From Curvularia clavata (taxonomy: Eukaryota), in NCBI GenBank assembly GCA_023920165.1, contig CP089279.1, positions 744,001-808,000 of the forward strand: a stretch of 64,000 bases of DNA. Direction: 5' to 3'. The notes under the pieces are model-generated. The model did not search any database, was not told the origin of the DNA, and worked only from the letters and a program-made list of their open reading frames with translations. Positions 12,505-25,515 of the stretch are shown here, piece by piece; the first letter of the stretch is position 1; every line of letters starts with the position of its first letter. The position numbers were made by a program, and so were the translations under genes.

Positions 12505-15500
12505 CTATCCCGTCTTTTCCGCCTTCGGTCGCCTAGGCCCAACAAAGTTACAAAGGGCGCCCCCGTTCACAGCAATTACCTTCCAGCCCTCAGGCACTCT
12601 TCCATCAAAATCACCGCTAGCTTCATTCGATGCACTGGCCTTCCAGATCTTGCCTGTCTCCCTATCAAACCACTCCTTTCCTTCTTCCGTCTTCACCAAC
12701 TCACTCAGCACAAATTCCGCTACAGCTTTGTTATCCTTGGGGTTGATCGCACTGGGGAGCTTTGGGATATCAGCCTCGAACTTGCGTTTTCCGTCAACTT
12801 GAACTACGCATTTGCGTGTGGTTGTGAGTAGCGGGATAACTGCTAGGTCGGCTGTAGGGAAACCTGTTGCGAAAATTGTTGGAATGTTCTTGTCATTCTC
12901 CTGAGATTCTGTGCAGGTGTTGAGCAAGTACCATGCTTCCTCTGCTACGCCAGGCGCAATGGGAGCCATCATGCGTACGAGGTGTGCAATAGAGTACCAC
13001 TTCAAGTACGGTGTGATGGTAGAGGCGTGAGGTGCATCCCAGATCGTGTTTGTTAGCGTCATGAGGTCGCTGATGATGGTGTTTAGGGAGTACGTCTGCG
13101 AATAGGATTCGGTAACGCTTGCGATAGTCTGCTGTGTCTTGATCCACAGTCTCGCCTCTTCTGACTTGAGTACGGATACCAAGCTCTCGCGCGAGGCAGT
13201 CTCGGGGCTATTGGTTCCTGGGAGCTTCTGTAGGATACGCAGCAGAGTCTCATCAATGTTGGTAGGTACAACGAAGCTCTCCAAATCATCGTCAGGTAAC
13301 CATGAAGCAGACGATAACTTGATAACTCGATGAAGCCAGCGTTGCACACCAGTGATCTTTTTCTCGTCATATTCTAGCACATCACTTACAGGTGCTTGGA
13401 AGAGCATATGTGCTCGAGTTGCGTCTGCGCCATACTTGGCAATCGTTGCCCCGGGATCCACGCCGTTGTACTTGCTCTTGGACATCTTCTCGTAGCTAAC
13501 ATTCGGCGTCTGGCCAGTGGCTTTGATAAGAGGCTTGGATGGATTGGTCAAATCGACTTCGTCTGGCCGAAGGAAGCGACCGTTTACCGGGTCAGTAAAA
13601 GTCTCTCCGTGTACCATGCCCTGGGTGATGAGACGAGTGAAGGGCTCGCCATTTGTCAAATAGCCCTTCGGCCATGTCGGAGTTGTAGCAAGGAATTTCG
13701 AGATGAAGCGAGCATATAGGAGGTGGAGGATAGCGTGTTCCACCCCACCGACGTAGAGATCTACGGGCATACCGCTGTTGGCCTTGACGGGGTCGACCAA
13801 AGCGTCAGTATTCTTTGGATCTAAGAATCTGAAAAAGTACCAAGACGAGTCCATGAAAGTGTCCATCGTGTCAGTCTCGCGCTCAGCAGCAGAGCCGCAT
13901 TTCGGGCACGTGGTGTTTTTCCAGGCCTCGTCGTCTTCGAGCGGATTTCCCTTGCGACCTTCAAAGAAGCTATCGGGTAGATTTGGCAATTGGACTGGAA
14001 GGTCCTTGTCGGGAACCGGCACAGCACCACAAGAGTCACAATGAATAATGGGAATAGGTGCACCCCAATACCGTTGGCGACTTATGAGCCAGTCCCGGAG
14101 ACGCCAGTTCGCAGTTATCTGGGCTTGTTTGCCAGTGCTGAGGATGGCTTGCACGACTTCACGGGCAGCTTGCTTGGAGGTCATGCCACCAAAACGCTCA
14201 ATGTCAGCAGCAACGAATCCTTTTTCGGTGATGGGCACATCTTGGCCGCTTCGTGGCACGAGAGGAAGAGGCAGTGTACCCTTTTCAGTAGCCACGACTA
14301 CTCTTATAGGCTCATCGCCAACATTGGTTCGCCAGAATGCGTGATCTCGCGTATCGTGGCCAGGTACACCCATGACAGCACCAGAGCCATAATCGTCGAG
14401 TACGTATGGGGCCACGTAAACCGGAACAGTAGGCCCAGTAGCACCGTTGATATGAGCTAGTGGATTCTTCGCCACGATACTCTGAAGTAGAAAACCTTCT
14501 TTGGTATCGGGAGGCAAGTCCTTTGCTCGTTCTATGAATGCACGAAGTGACTCGTCGCTGGCAGCTAGTTCTTGGACGATAGGATGGCGCAAAGACAGAG
14601 CAATATACTGCACTCCAAACAATGTGTCGGCTCTGGTTGTGAATACATCCACAGGCTCGAAGCACATATCGCCATCTGTTGACACAATGTCAAACCATAG
14701 CTTTGCACCCTCCGACTTGCCGATCCAGTTTCTCTGCATGGCCAGGACCTTTTCAGGCCATCGCTCGTTTCTTGCAAGAGCATCTAGGTCTTTCAAAAGA
14801 GGCTCCTGAAACTCTTTGATTTTTAAGAACCATTGCTTCAGCATGACCTTGTCAACCTTAGCACCCGAGCGCCAGGAACAGCCATTGGCGTCTACTTGTT
14901 CGTTGGCAAGGACGGTCTTGTCGACAGGGTCGTAGTTCACAAGAGACTCGGCTTGGTATGCGAGGCCGCGTTCGTGGAGCATGAGGAAAATTCGCTGAGT
15001 GTGTTTGTAGAAGGCAGGGTCACATGTTCGTATTTCCTATGTAGAAATGGATCAGCGCCCGTGCTGTCTGTTCGAAGGATATTCCATACAGCGTCCCAGT
15101 CCCAACGACCGCCCATTTCCTTCATCTGGGTTTTCATAGCCTCGATATTTTGCAGCGTCCACTTCTCAGGATGCACGCCTCGCTCGATTGCGGCGTTTTC
15201 AGCCGGCAAACCAAAGGCGTCCCATCCGATAGGATGTAGGACCTTGTAGCCTTGCATGTGCTTGAACCTGGCCAGCACATCGGAAATGGTGTATACTCGT
15301 AGATGGCCGAGGTGGAGGGTGCCCGAGGGATAGGGAAACATGGGCAACACGTATGCGTTGCCGCGGTCAGAAGTGCGCAATTGGTGCCATTGTGAAGACA
15401 GCTCGTCCCACCGTGATTGCCATTTAGCTGTCAGCTCCTCCAAGCGCACGTTGTCGGCTCTGGTCTTCCTGCTTGCTGTGCTCGCCCATCGCGACGAGCC

Positions 15501-15575
15501 CGTCGGCGTGTAGTGGATGGCGGGGCGGCGGACGAGGGCGCGCCAGGCCACGGATTGCAGAAGTCGGCCTCGCAT
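12505..15575 (-). CDS. NAM2: Mitochondrial leucyl-tRNA synthetase
   Basis: [13 protein letters not shown] (HIGH-like), [41 protein letters not shown] and KMSKS motifs; presequence; intron 15037-15089. Confidence 0.95.
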
Positions 15576-15941
15576 CGCCTACCAGATCGGCGCATATGGA
15601 CGTGGAATTGGCGTAGGAACCATCATCTACTTCATTAGTTAGATCCCAATGGATGCACGTTCACTGCTCCCACATTCCCACATTTTTTGGGGCCTGCATG
15701 TCTCTAGCGCGGCGGGAGCTAATCCCATGACGGCATTAGAAGCTCCGTCGTTTCAACCGCGCATGCCCGCTCCGCCATTCATACACCGCAGCTTCGCCAG
15801 CTAAACTACATATCGCACAAAGGGGTGCTGGACACTGCCCCTGGACACTGCTTGGCCCTGCTTCGCATCTTACATCCTATCTCCATGGCGAGCACGTAGA
15901 CGTGCGCATTTCTCCCAATCTCTCTACACTCCCCGGGCACC

Positions 15942-17866
15942 ATGGCCGGCCGCTATTCCAACCTGCCACCACCCCCGTCCCGCGATTCACTCGAACTTGC
16001 CTCGCTCGCCTCGTCCTCACACGCCTCCAACCGCTCCTCGCACGAGTCTTCGTCCTCGGGCGCGCCCTCTTCGCGCAGACTGTCTTTTGATGACGAGGAT
16101 CCCTTGTCCGAATTGAACCCTGCCGGCCATGATCCAAACAGGCCACGGCACACGCGCTCCTACAGTGTCTCTTCCGCCTTTGATTTTGCTCCCAATCTCT
16201 TTCCCCTCTCCAGCACCGCCCAGGGATACACAGCGTTAGGCGCGCCTGCCAACCCGGCCTTGGATCCATCGAATGCGCTCAATGGAGGCTCCTTGGAGAA
16301 AAACAAAAGTTTAACATATCTTAATGGACTGTCCCTGGTCATTGGACTCATAATAGGAAGCGGTATCTTCTCCTCACCCTCGCAAGTCAACAAGAATGCA
16401 GGATCGCCTGGCGCGTCGCTGCTGGTCTGGCTTGTGGCTGGAATATTGGCATGGACAGGCGCAGCAAGCTATGCTGAGCTCGGAGGTGCAATCCCTCTGA
16501 ACGGTGGCGCACAAGTCTACCTGTCCAAAATATTCGGCGAATGGGCGGGCTTCTTGTTCACTTGGTGCGCAGTCATGGTGCTGAAGCCGGGCTCGGCAGC
16601 CATCATTGCAATCATTTTTGGTGAATACGTGGTGCGCGCAGTCATTGGAGCCGAAGCTGTAGACGCGGGTACGTGGTTGAACAAGAGCGTGGCGCTGGTG
16701 GGACTCGTGATTGTCACACTGCTCAATTGTGTGTCCACAAAGCTGGGTACACGGAGTGCCGATGTGTTCATGTTTTTGAAGTTTTTCGCGCTGCTGGGAG
16801 TCACTGTGATCGGCATCGTGGTTGCAGCAACTGGTTTGTCGTACAAAGGAAACGCCAATGAGGACTGGAAGCACCACGGCTGGTTCGAAGACACGAGTGA
16901 AAACGTCAGTAATTGGGCTGTCGCACTGTACGCTGGGTTGTGGGCATTTGACGGCTGGGACAATGTACGTCCCTCCTCCACTAAATCATTGGTATCTGCT
17001 AACACTTGCAGGTCAACTATGTCACAGCTGAATTCAAGAACCCAACCCGCGACCTCCCCCGTGTCATCCATACCTCGCTCCCGCTCGTCATACTTTGCTA
17101 TATCCTTGCCAACATATCCTACTTCCTCGTGCTACCCGGCTCCGTCATCGAGTCCTCTAATACCGTCGCTGTAGCCTTTGGATCGCAAGTCTTCGGCCCC
17201 GTCGGTGCCCTGATACTTGCCCTCTTCGTCTCAGGCTCATGCTTCGGCGCATTAAACGCAACAACATTCACGTCTGGCCGCCTCGTATACGCTGCCGGCA
17301 AGGAAGGCTATCTTCCCTCTCTCTTTGGAAATATTGGACTCGGAAAAAACCACCGCGCCATCCGGCTACACACCCTTAATGCAAACCAAGGAAAGAGCAA
17401 GATACCCAAGAAACTAATACAATGGTTTGCAGACGAGGATGCCGGCTTCTTCTTCACACCCATATCCGCCATGTTGCTTAATGCCGCACTCACCGCCATT
17501 TACATCCTCGTTGGTTCCTTTGACACGCTAGTCACCTTTTATGGTGTTGCCGGCTATGCGTTCTACTTCCAGACTGTGCTCGGCCTAATTATCTTGCGCG
17601 TCCGCGAACCCGATCTCGAACGACCGTACAAGACGTGGATAACCACGCCCATCATCTTCTGTTGTGTCAGCTTATTCTTACTCAGCAGAGCTGTGTTCGC
17701 AGAACCTCTCCAAACCCTGCTCGTTGTAGCTTTCATGGTTATAGGACTGGTAATATGGTTTGCATGGGTAGGCAGACGCAGGACTAAGGAGAACACCAGG
17801 TTTCGCATGCCTGATGATGATAATGAAAAAACGGGCTGGAAGTTCTGGCAGCGTTGGAGAAGATGA
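15942..17866 (+). CDS. APC-superfamily L-type amino acid permease (Mup1/LAT-like)
   Basis: IIGSGIFSSP, SYAELG, LWAFDGW and RPYK motifs; many TM segments; intron 16965-17011. Confidence 0.9.
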
Positions 17867-17882
17867 TGATGATGATGATGAT
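17862..17882 (+). repeat. (GAT)7 microsatellite overlapping the permease stop codon
   Basis: agatgatgatgatgatgatgatc read directly from the sequence. Confidence 0.9.
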
Positions 17883-19397
17883 CTTGACGACTTTTGTTGT
17901 TTGGCTCATTACTAGTTGAGCTTTTTTGATCGTTCCTCATCTTCTTATCGATCCAATCGCCCTTTTTATCACTACGTAGAAAACGCAACGAAGAAATGAT
18001 AATACCTGTATTTCTATCCTTCTGTCTGTCAAAGCACGCCAGTATCTTCCCATCTGACCGCATGCATACATACCTCCCTCCCACCCACCAATCGCCCACA
18101 AGTCTCACCGAAAGCACTGCCTCACCAGCCGCCCTCATCCTACCTACCCTCCCCTTCCCTTGTTTCAAAAAGTATTGAAAAAAAGGTGATCCTCGTCCCA
18201 TTCGGTCCGTGGTGCTTGGGTGTATGTGGGGCACTAGCCTGTCACTGTGTCTCTCTTTCCGCGTCTTTTCTTGATACAGCGTATGTATAGACAGTTAACA
18301 CAGACCCAGATCTTCCCTGGAGCCGTTCACACAAAATGGCGTGTCTTTGTTTTGAGAACCCTGGATCATGGGTGCTTCTTTTGCTTCCTTGATTGCTTGT
18401 TTTTGAGCACCCTGAGGGATGGGCTGGGTCGAGAGGCAGATAGGTAGGCAGGCAGATAAACAGACAGACAGACAGGCAAGATGAGAGGGAAGAAGGAAGA
18501 AAATATCTCCCTGTTTCAGCTCTTTCGCCTATGTACGTGATTGCATCTTGCATAGTCTGAAGACGTGATATGGAGAAAAACAACGCACAGTTCGAATGTC
18601 ATCACATTTACACAAGCCTGTCAAGTTTTGTCTTTCTTTCCATAGATCGTATGATTCTGCTATGTGAAAATGGGTGTTATTCTAGCAACTAAGAAAAGCC
18701 GGACTGCGATATGGATATACAAAACGCTGCAAACCAAACAAGAGTCCGTTGTGGTATTTGATTCCTCCATTTGATGGTGATTAACGAGCTCAATGAAGAG
18801 CTAGAGGAGAGGGGGCAAAAATGAGACATGGAGAAAAAGAAGTAGGGTACTTGAGGGGGAGGTTAAGAGAGGAAAAAAAGGGAAGAGGGAGGCTCGCTCA
18901 CGATAGGGGAGTGACATGAAAGAAAAATGAGTGGATGTACTGTGCCAATCCGTAGAGGGGGAATAAGGGGATCATAGTGCGCAGCACCAGACAAGTCGTA
19001 AAGGAGTGATCGTATCGTGAGCGGACGTAACTGAGGGACAAAGCGTCTGCACCCAGGCGTCATGCCATCCTGCCATGATGCACTTGCGTGCCCAAGGCAG
19101 GCTGTGACGCAGGTAGCTGGCCTGTGCGAGGCGCGGTGTCGCAGGGCATGAACATGGGTTCCATATGAAACCGAAGCCGTAACGCCTGTGGTGGGTTCGG
19201 CCCTAGACACACCAAAGGGCGCGGCAGGCCCAACGGACCTCCTCTCTAGGGATAGCGAGAATAAAAGAAAATGAAAACAAAACCAAAACCTGAATACATC
19301 CTAGTAATCATACAGCGGCTCGTAGCCAATTTCGGTATAGAGATAGAAAGAAAAGACGCTCCTCCTCATGTTTCAAGCAGAGCGCTGGCCGAAACAC

Positions 19398-21652
19398 TCA
19401 GATCCAGCCCTTGGTAGGCGAGGCGCCGCGTTGCATTGTGCCTGCGCCAAGTGGGATACGCGCCGTCGGTGATGGGGCTGCACTGTATGTGCGGGTGAGC
19501 GGGCTGGCGGAACCGGGTGTACTTGGCCGTGATGCCGTCGTTGGTGAGGCAGCAGATGTACTAGTGGGTGTGATAGGGTTCATTCGGAGTCCGCTTACAC
19601 AGGCTGGCGGGGGGACTGCGGGCTGTTTAGGAGGTTCTGAGTGGAGGAGGGGGTCTGCCGATCGAGGTGGTGGGGATTGCAGTACCTTCTCACGTTGAGC
19701 TTTCAGGTATTCACTTGAATTTGCTGTAGGTGCGAGAGGGAATGCTGGTGTTCGGTTCAGGCTGTTTGCCCTAACTGGCGGTGAGGAGTCGTCTCGTGGA
19801 AGTGGTTGAGAAAAGGTACGAGGACTGAGTGTCTCTTCTGACGGCGATGCATTGGGCGTGGAAGTTCCTTGAATTGGGAGACCCAGAGACTCCTTGGTAA
19901 CACTTCGCTCCAGTGGTGGCATGTCTCGCTCTACTCGAGTGCATTTGGCTGCTGCAAGTGTGGCAGGGGCGACTGAGAAGCGAAGGCCAATCTGAACTGT
20001 TGCGCTGCTGTCGGTGCTAGCAATGCGTTTATGTCTTTCGGCGAATGGAAGCTTTGGTTTGGTGAGGAAGTCAAACGCATCGCTAACATTAGTAACTGAG
20101 CCTCGTCGGGTAAAGCGTCGTAGCGCAAGCTTGGAAACTGAGGCAGGGTCTTGTACAGCATTGGGATCGTAGACAGTCGCTGGAAGGCGTGGTACTTCTT
20201 CAGCTCGCGTAGGAAACAAAGAGTAGCTCTGTTTGCGCTCAGAACGCATGGCGTCTTTCTCCAGCATCGGGGGCAAGGGCCAATCCGTAGGGTCGATTTG
20301 GCCTCCTGACTTGGCTGACGACGGTGTCAGGGCACGCTCTGGGCGCTCAAAGTACTCCGGTTCGAAGTCATTGCGATTCTTCTCGGGCCCAACATCAATC
20401 AAGCCCTGTAGACTATGCAGACGCTGAGTTGTTTGGAGTGCCATTGGTCCACTGATCTGCATCTCTAAATCGCTAGGACCAAAGAACCGGATCTTTGGGC
20501 GGCGTTGTTTGGCAGGGCCTTTTAGTTCCTCAATGGGACGAATGACCATGCGTGTTGCGTTTGTACGGAGGAAGAGATGGAAGAAGGTAATAACCATGCC
20601 GGAGGAGAATAGCGAAATCTCGGCGACCCGGGAAGCTGCCAATGCCTTCATGAACTCTCTTTGGAGCGATTGAACTTCGACTGGGATGACGAGTGTCTAA
20701 AAAGATTAGAAGAGGCAAACTTGAATCATCATACTAACTCACATAGATCAGCGCAGTGACTACCAGGAAATAAGTCATGCGTGAAGCCGAGATGCGCTCG
20801 TTATGGTCCAGATCCGGTGTTCTCATTAATTGGATGCTGATGAGCGCTGCCACAAGCAACAGAAGGAAGACTAGCGTAGAGAGGATAGACAGCATGAGGA
20901 GATCGTATCGCATAGGAAACCAGATCAGACTGCCAAAGCAAGTCCTGGACATTGGCCAGACGACAGTTGGTACCCATGTGAACAGAAGCATAAGCGATAC
21001 AACGGCAATGCATATCGATGTATTCCAGTTGCCACGGGGGGCAAAACGCTCCTGCCGATATGCTCTGATGAGTGTCTCAACACCGAAGACGAACGTGATG
21101 TACCCGATGAGAAAGATGGCTGTCATGGTCAGTCCCTGTCTCAATCAGTCGAACAAGATGCAACATACCAGGAAACGTGAGCATCGCTAGGCCTCGACAT
21201 TGTCTAGAAAACACACTTTGGAGGGTCGTGCCCTGTACTGATACGAAGATAATCTGCTGTATGACGGCACCGCAGGCCAAGGTGAGTGGAAAGGTCTCGG
21301 CGGGATGGACATTGTGAAGGGCGTTGAATCTCCTGCAACCCGGTCAGTTCCTGCCCATGTTTCTTGAACGCTGTACTGACTTTTTCCTTGGTAAGACCTG
21401 AAGAGCTGCTGCTCGTCGTGCGTCGGAAATGATTCGATGAACCGTCAACAACGTTAAGGCAAGGCTGAAAGCTCCGAGGGTCAGATGGGTTGTGCGGAGC
21501 GTCTGGACTTGCTGCAGCTGTAGCGATGCGATCAAATTCCTCGTCGTGTTGGTTTGCGTCCAGGGAACTTGTCGAACGGCGGAAGTGTTCAGGGTCAAGT
21601 TGAAGTGGGAGCGGGCCTCAAGATGGGGAAAGTAGTCTGACCATGATCCCAT
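19398..21652 (-). CDS. Uncharacterised seven-transmembrane protein with long Ser/Pro-rich cytoplasmic tail
   Basis: Four exons joined in frame by introns 21333-21380, 21120-21168 and 20697-20742; seven hydrophobic segments followed by a long low-complexity tail. Confidence 0.75.
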
Positions 21653-23571
21653 CTTGCCAGCTCCAAGTACAACAGGTGTGTAGAAGGAAAGAAGTTTTCT
21701 CGCTGGTAACCAGCAGCGGCTAAAGAAAGGAAAGTGACTAGGTATTCATGGAGACTGCGTAACTGACGTCGTTAACGAAAGAGAAACCAGCTCGGGGAAA
21801 AGAAAGGAACTGCCTAAGCCTGCCAGCAGTGCAACAAAAGAAGGGGAAAGAGTGTGAGCATTAGACGTAAGAGAGGAGTGACGGGCATGAGACTCCAAAC
21901 GGTATATGACAAAACCACTGGGCGGTAGCAGCAGTGCACGGTTTCGGCATGGCGGTCCTAAGGCGTCTATTCGGTCACTTGCTAGGAGGGCCCGCATTGG
22001 CAATGGCTGGGTCTTGCCATATTACAGGTCGCATCTTCCCGTGCGCGCGCGCTGATTGAGGTGGAGTTTCACCCTCATGCGAGCCACGTGTGCTAGGGAA
22101 CCAGGGAAGCGGAAGCAGCGAGACCCGTGCAGACAAGATGACCCCTGACCCTCGCTGGCCACTATGGGAAGGTTGGCCTTTTGGAGACAGCTTGACATCC
22201 TGGTCTCTGCTGTCAACCTCATCCGACAGGCAGGTGGATAACTGGGTAGCTAAGCAGCCCTTAGTCAGACGTCGTGACTCCACGCTGCTGTGCATGGTCG
22301 CCACTCCTGCAAGGTCAGCTCTGGGCGAGGAGACCCCACATTGGTCAAGTTGAGTGCAGTAGTCTTCTACCAAAACCAGCGGTTGCTTTCAGAATCACAT
22401 CTGGCTGCTGGCACATGGTTCTATAATTGGTCTCGAGAAAGGGACTATTTTAGATGTGCAGAAGCGCTGGTGTGGGTGAATGGACCAGAGTCGGTGGTGG
22501 TGGTGAGGTCGTTGAGGTCGGACTAGAGTTCTGATGCTTGCTGGGTTTAGGTTGTGCCGCAGATCCTCGCTTGCACCCTGTCCGAGACGTGAACAACTCC
22601 AGAACCCTGGTCGGATCAACGGCTGCCGGGGAATGCCTGCAGGAGCATGACACAGTGCGTAGCGAGCATGGCCAGCCAAAACGTACAAGCAATACATGTC
22701 CAGAACCTCGTAGGAGGAGCCAGGCCTCCAGGGCGCATCCCGCGTTGAGTCCAGGCTTCGAGATGGATCACTACAGATCCTTTGGAAAACATTCGAGAAG
22801 CTAAGATTGCAGGATTGCGGAGACTACGCCACGCATCCAGTGTAGAAGAGGCTGTGCAAATGGATCACAGGACGCGCCGACATCTATCATCACGTCCATA
22901 AGATATGGTTGACTACTGACACCCTGAATGAGGACGTGAACGGCACCCGACCTTGGACTGAGCGTGTGGAGAATGATACTCTAGCGTCTGTCACTGAGTC
23001 GCCACGGTTCATCTGTTAGTTGTAAGCGGAACAGATAGCACTCTCGTAGCTCCCTCGTAATGGCTAGGCAATATCATTGTTACTTTTCCCTCTCGCTGTG
23101 CCAAAGATAACCCGATCACAGTCGCCATGCGCCTCCAATCTGGGCATCTTCCCTGCCCAGAGCACGTAAAAGCCTGGGCTGATTTGCTGGTCTTGACGCA
23201 AAGGGTAGTGCATGAAGTGCGCAGGAGCACGGCGAGCATGGCATACCTAGTCACCACACCTCAATGTCTAAGCACCTACCAAACTTACTTCAGCCACGAC
23301 AGAATCACGCGGGTTGTGGCGTAGAGGCCTGCCTCAGGTTGGCTGCTGATCATGCAATCGATAATCCAGAATACTACAAGGGTCGTGGTGATGTGGATAC
23401 TGTGACTATCAGAAAGGATGAATTGAGTATGTATAACTTGTTTTGCTGAAGGTCAGTATCCTGAATAATGCAAATGTAACAGAAAGACAATGAATGGTAT
23501 ATCAGGACTTTGCCTGCTCGAAGATGATATGCAAAACTTTTCTTTTCGCTTGGTCTTGCGCAAAGCCTGAC

Positions 23572-25056
23572 TTATGTCGACTTTGCGTATTCTTCGAGAT
23601 ATGAAACGAGCAGCTTCGCACCGTCTAGCGAGACTGCATTGTCTGGAGCACGATTCAGGTTAGCTCGAGTCATTGGAGTAGTACTTCACTGGGCCGTATT
23701 CCGGCTGGAGCACATCCGCACATCCGCATGTCAGCTCTTCCTGAGCTGTGGACATGACAGGGAGCATATCACCCCGCAAAAAATACGGACCAATGCGTGA
23801 TTTGCAGCGCGATCAATGCCACAAAAGTGGTAAATGGAAGAGCACTTACAGTTACTGGCGCGGATACCACCTACGCTCCTGTGTCCCTTCAAACCTAGCA
23901 GACCTTTCTTCTCAGCACCTGCAAGGAAAGCCTTTTCTTTGTCTTCAGCTCCACCATGGACCCTGAAGCAAATGTTCATCCTGCTGCGTGCTGACTTATC
24001 AGGAACAATCTGATAAATTTCTGGGTACTTCTCAAGTGTCTCATAGATAAGCCGGGCCTTCTCGTTGGAGATTTCTTCCTGCCCACCAATGCGCTTAGCC
24101 CCATATGAGTTGACAAGTCCAGACATGACCTGGCCAGCCACCCAAACATCAAAGATGGGCAAAGTGTTATACAGAGAGTTGTTCTTCGCAATGGTAGGGT
24201 AATCGAGCACAATGGGACCGACTGCCAAGTTGAGCTCTCTCAACAGGTCTGGCGAGGCCGGGGTCGAGTGAGGCGGAAGAAGCGACTTCCGCATGATGAC
24301 GATCGCGATGCCAGTATTTCCGATATTCTTCTGGGCGCCACCGAAGATGACTGCATACTTGCGCACGTCGACTTTGCGGGAAATGAAGTTGGACGACATG
24401 TCGGCACAGACTAAAGGCGCGTCATCACCCTCAAGGGTGCTCGGGAACGAGGGGAACTCGACTCCGTCGACAGTCTCGTTGTCGCAGTAGTAGACAAATG
24501 CAGGCCCGCCCCTTGAGCGCGGCGTGAGGCTCCATTGGTCTTCAGAGGGGATCTTGCCAAACTTGCCATTGTTGGCCATGCGCGCGTCGACAGCCACGTT
24601 AACGTGCTTGGCTCCTACAAGACGGGCAGCTTCTTGGGATGCTTTGAGCGACCACGAGCCAGTGACGAGGTAGTCAAGCTTGAGCTCTTCATCCACAACC
24701 TTGCGAAGCCTCTTCAAAACTTCGTCTTTGTTGTCGCCCACCTCTTGCGCAATCTTTGCGCGCTGCTTCTCTACCCATATCGACACCAAATTGTAGACAG
24801 TCGCGCTGAATTCGCCGCTACCGCCGCTTTGGAGGAAAAGGATCTCGTAATCGTCGGGAATTTCCAGCAATTGGCTGAGCGCCTGTTTGGTCTCTGCGAG
24901 GATCTCATTGGCCTCGGGCGAGCGATGAGAGATCTCACAGAGGCCAATGCCTTTGTCTCTGTAGTTCAGCAGCGCCTGCGAGGCTCTTTCGAGGACCTCG
25001 GTGGGGAGGGGTGCGGGGCCAGCCCCAAAGTAGGTGACGTCGGAGCGATTGACCAT
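23572..25056 (-). CDS. SER1: Phosphoserine aminotransferase
   Basis: FGAGPA, EISHRS, NETVDGVEF, DMSSN, GAQKN (PLP lysine), NTLP and GHRSVGGIRASNYNA. The last exon YNAVSLDGAKLLVSYLEEYAKST* follows a 207-nt intron (23643-23849). Confidence 0.95.
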
Positions 25057-25186
25057 GGCGGCGAGCGAGAGAATTGGAGAATTGGTAGTGTTGGGCACAG
25101 GACTGGAGTGAGAGAGGTTGTAGTGAGTTGAGCAAAAGAGGGGCTGTCTGTATAAGAAAGTCTTGTGTTGAATCGCGTCATATGAA

Positions 25187-25192
25187 TGACTC
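25187..25192. promoter_or_regulatory. Possible Gcn4/CpcA-type element (TGACTC) in the shared SER1-LYS4 divergent promoter
   Basis: ATGACTC lies between two amino acid biosynthesis genes. The motif is short and could occur by chance. Confidence 0.35.
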
Positions 25193-25515
25193 CAATTTCA
25201 CCAGGCCAGTCATCCATCCATGGATCCATCCGATCTCGGGCCAGCCTTCAGTCTGGCTCTGGAGCATCTCACCGGCGGTCCAACAAGTTAATTACTCCGC
25301 ATTGAATGCTATAGTGTGTATCCCGCGCGGGAGCATGCATCATGTACAGCGGTTGAGCGTTTGCGGTTGTGTCCAATGGCAGGCGCAGGGAATCCGATGA
25401 CTGTGGCCGGTTTCGGTGGAAGGCGCGGTGGGTCGGAATTTTTGGTCCAAACTCTGGGGAAAAGACGTCTGTCACCATCGCCGCCGCCGCCGTGTCCGTC
25501 TCTCTAGCACAAGCA

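Noticed and set aside
17563..19210. Several 60-220 aa ORFs between the permease and the 7-TM gene
   Set aside because: They have low-complexity UTR-like composition with simple repeats and no recognisable domains; the poly-His is only the antisense of the GAT repeat.
21746..23449. Many short overlapping ORFs upstream of the 7-TM gene
   Set aside because: There is no coherent exon structure or family motif; this is more likely promoter and leader sequence.
23731..23849. Cys-rich C-terminus of SER1 shown in the ORF track
   Set aside because: This is read-through into the intron; the conserved YNA C-terminus is in the downstream exon.
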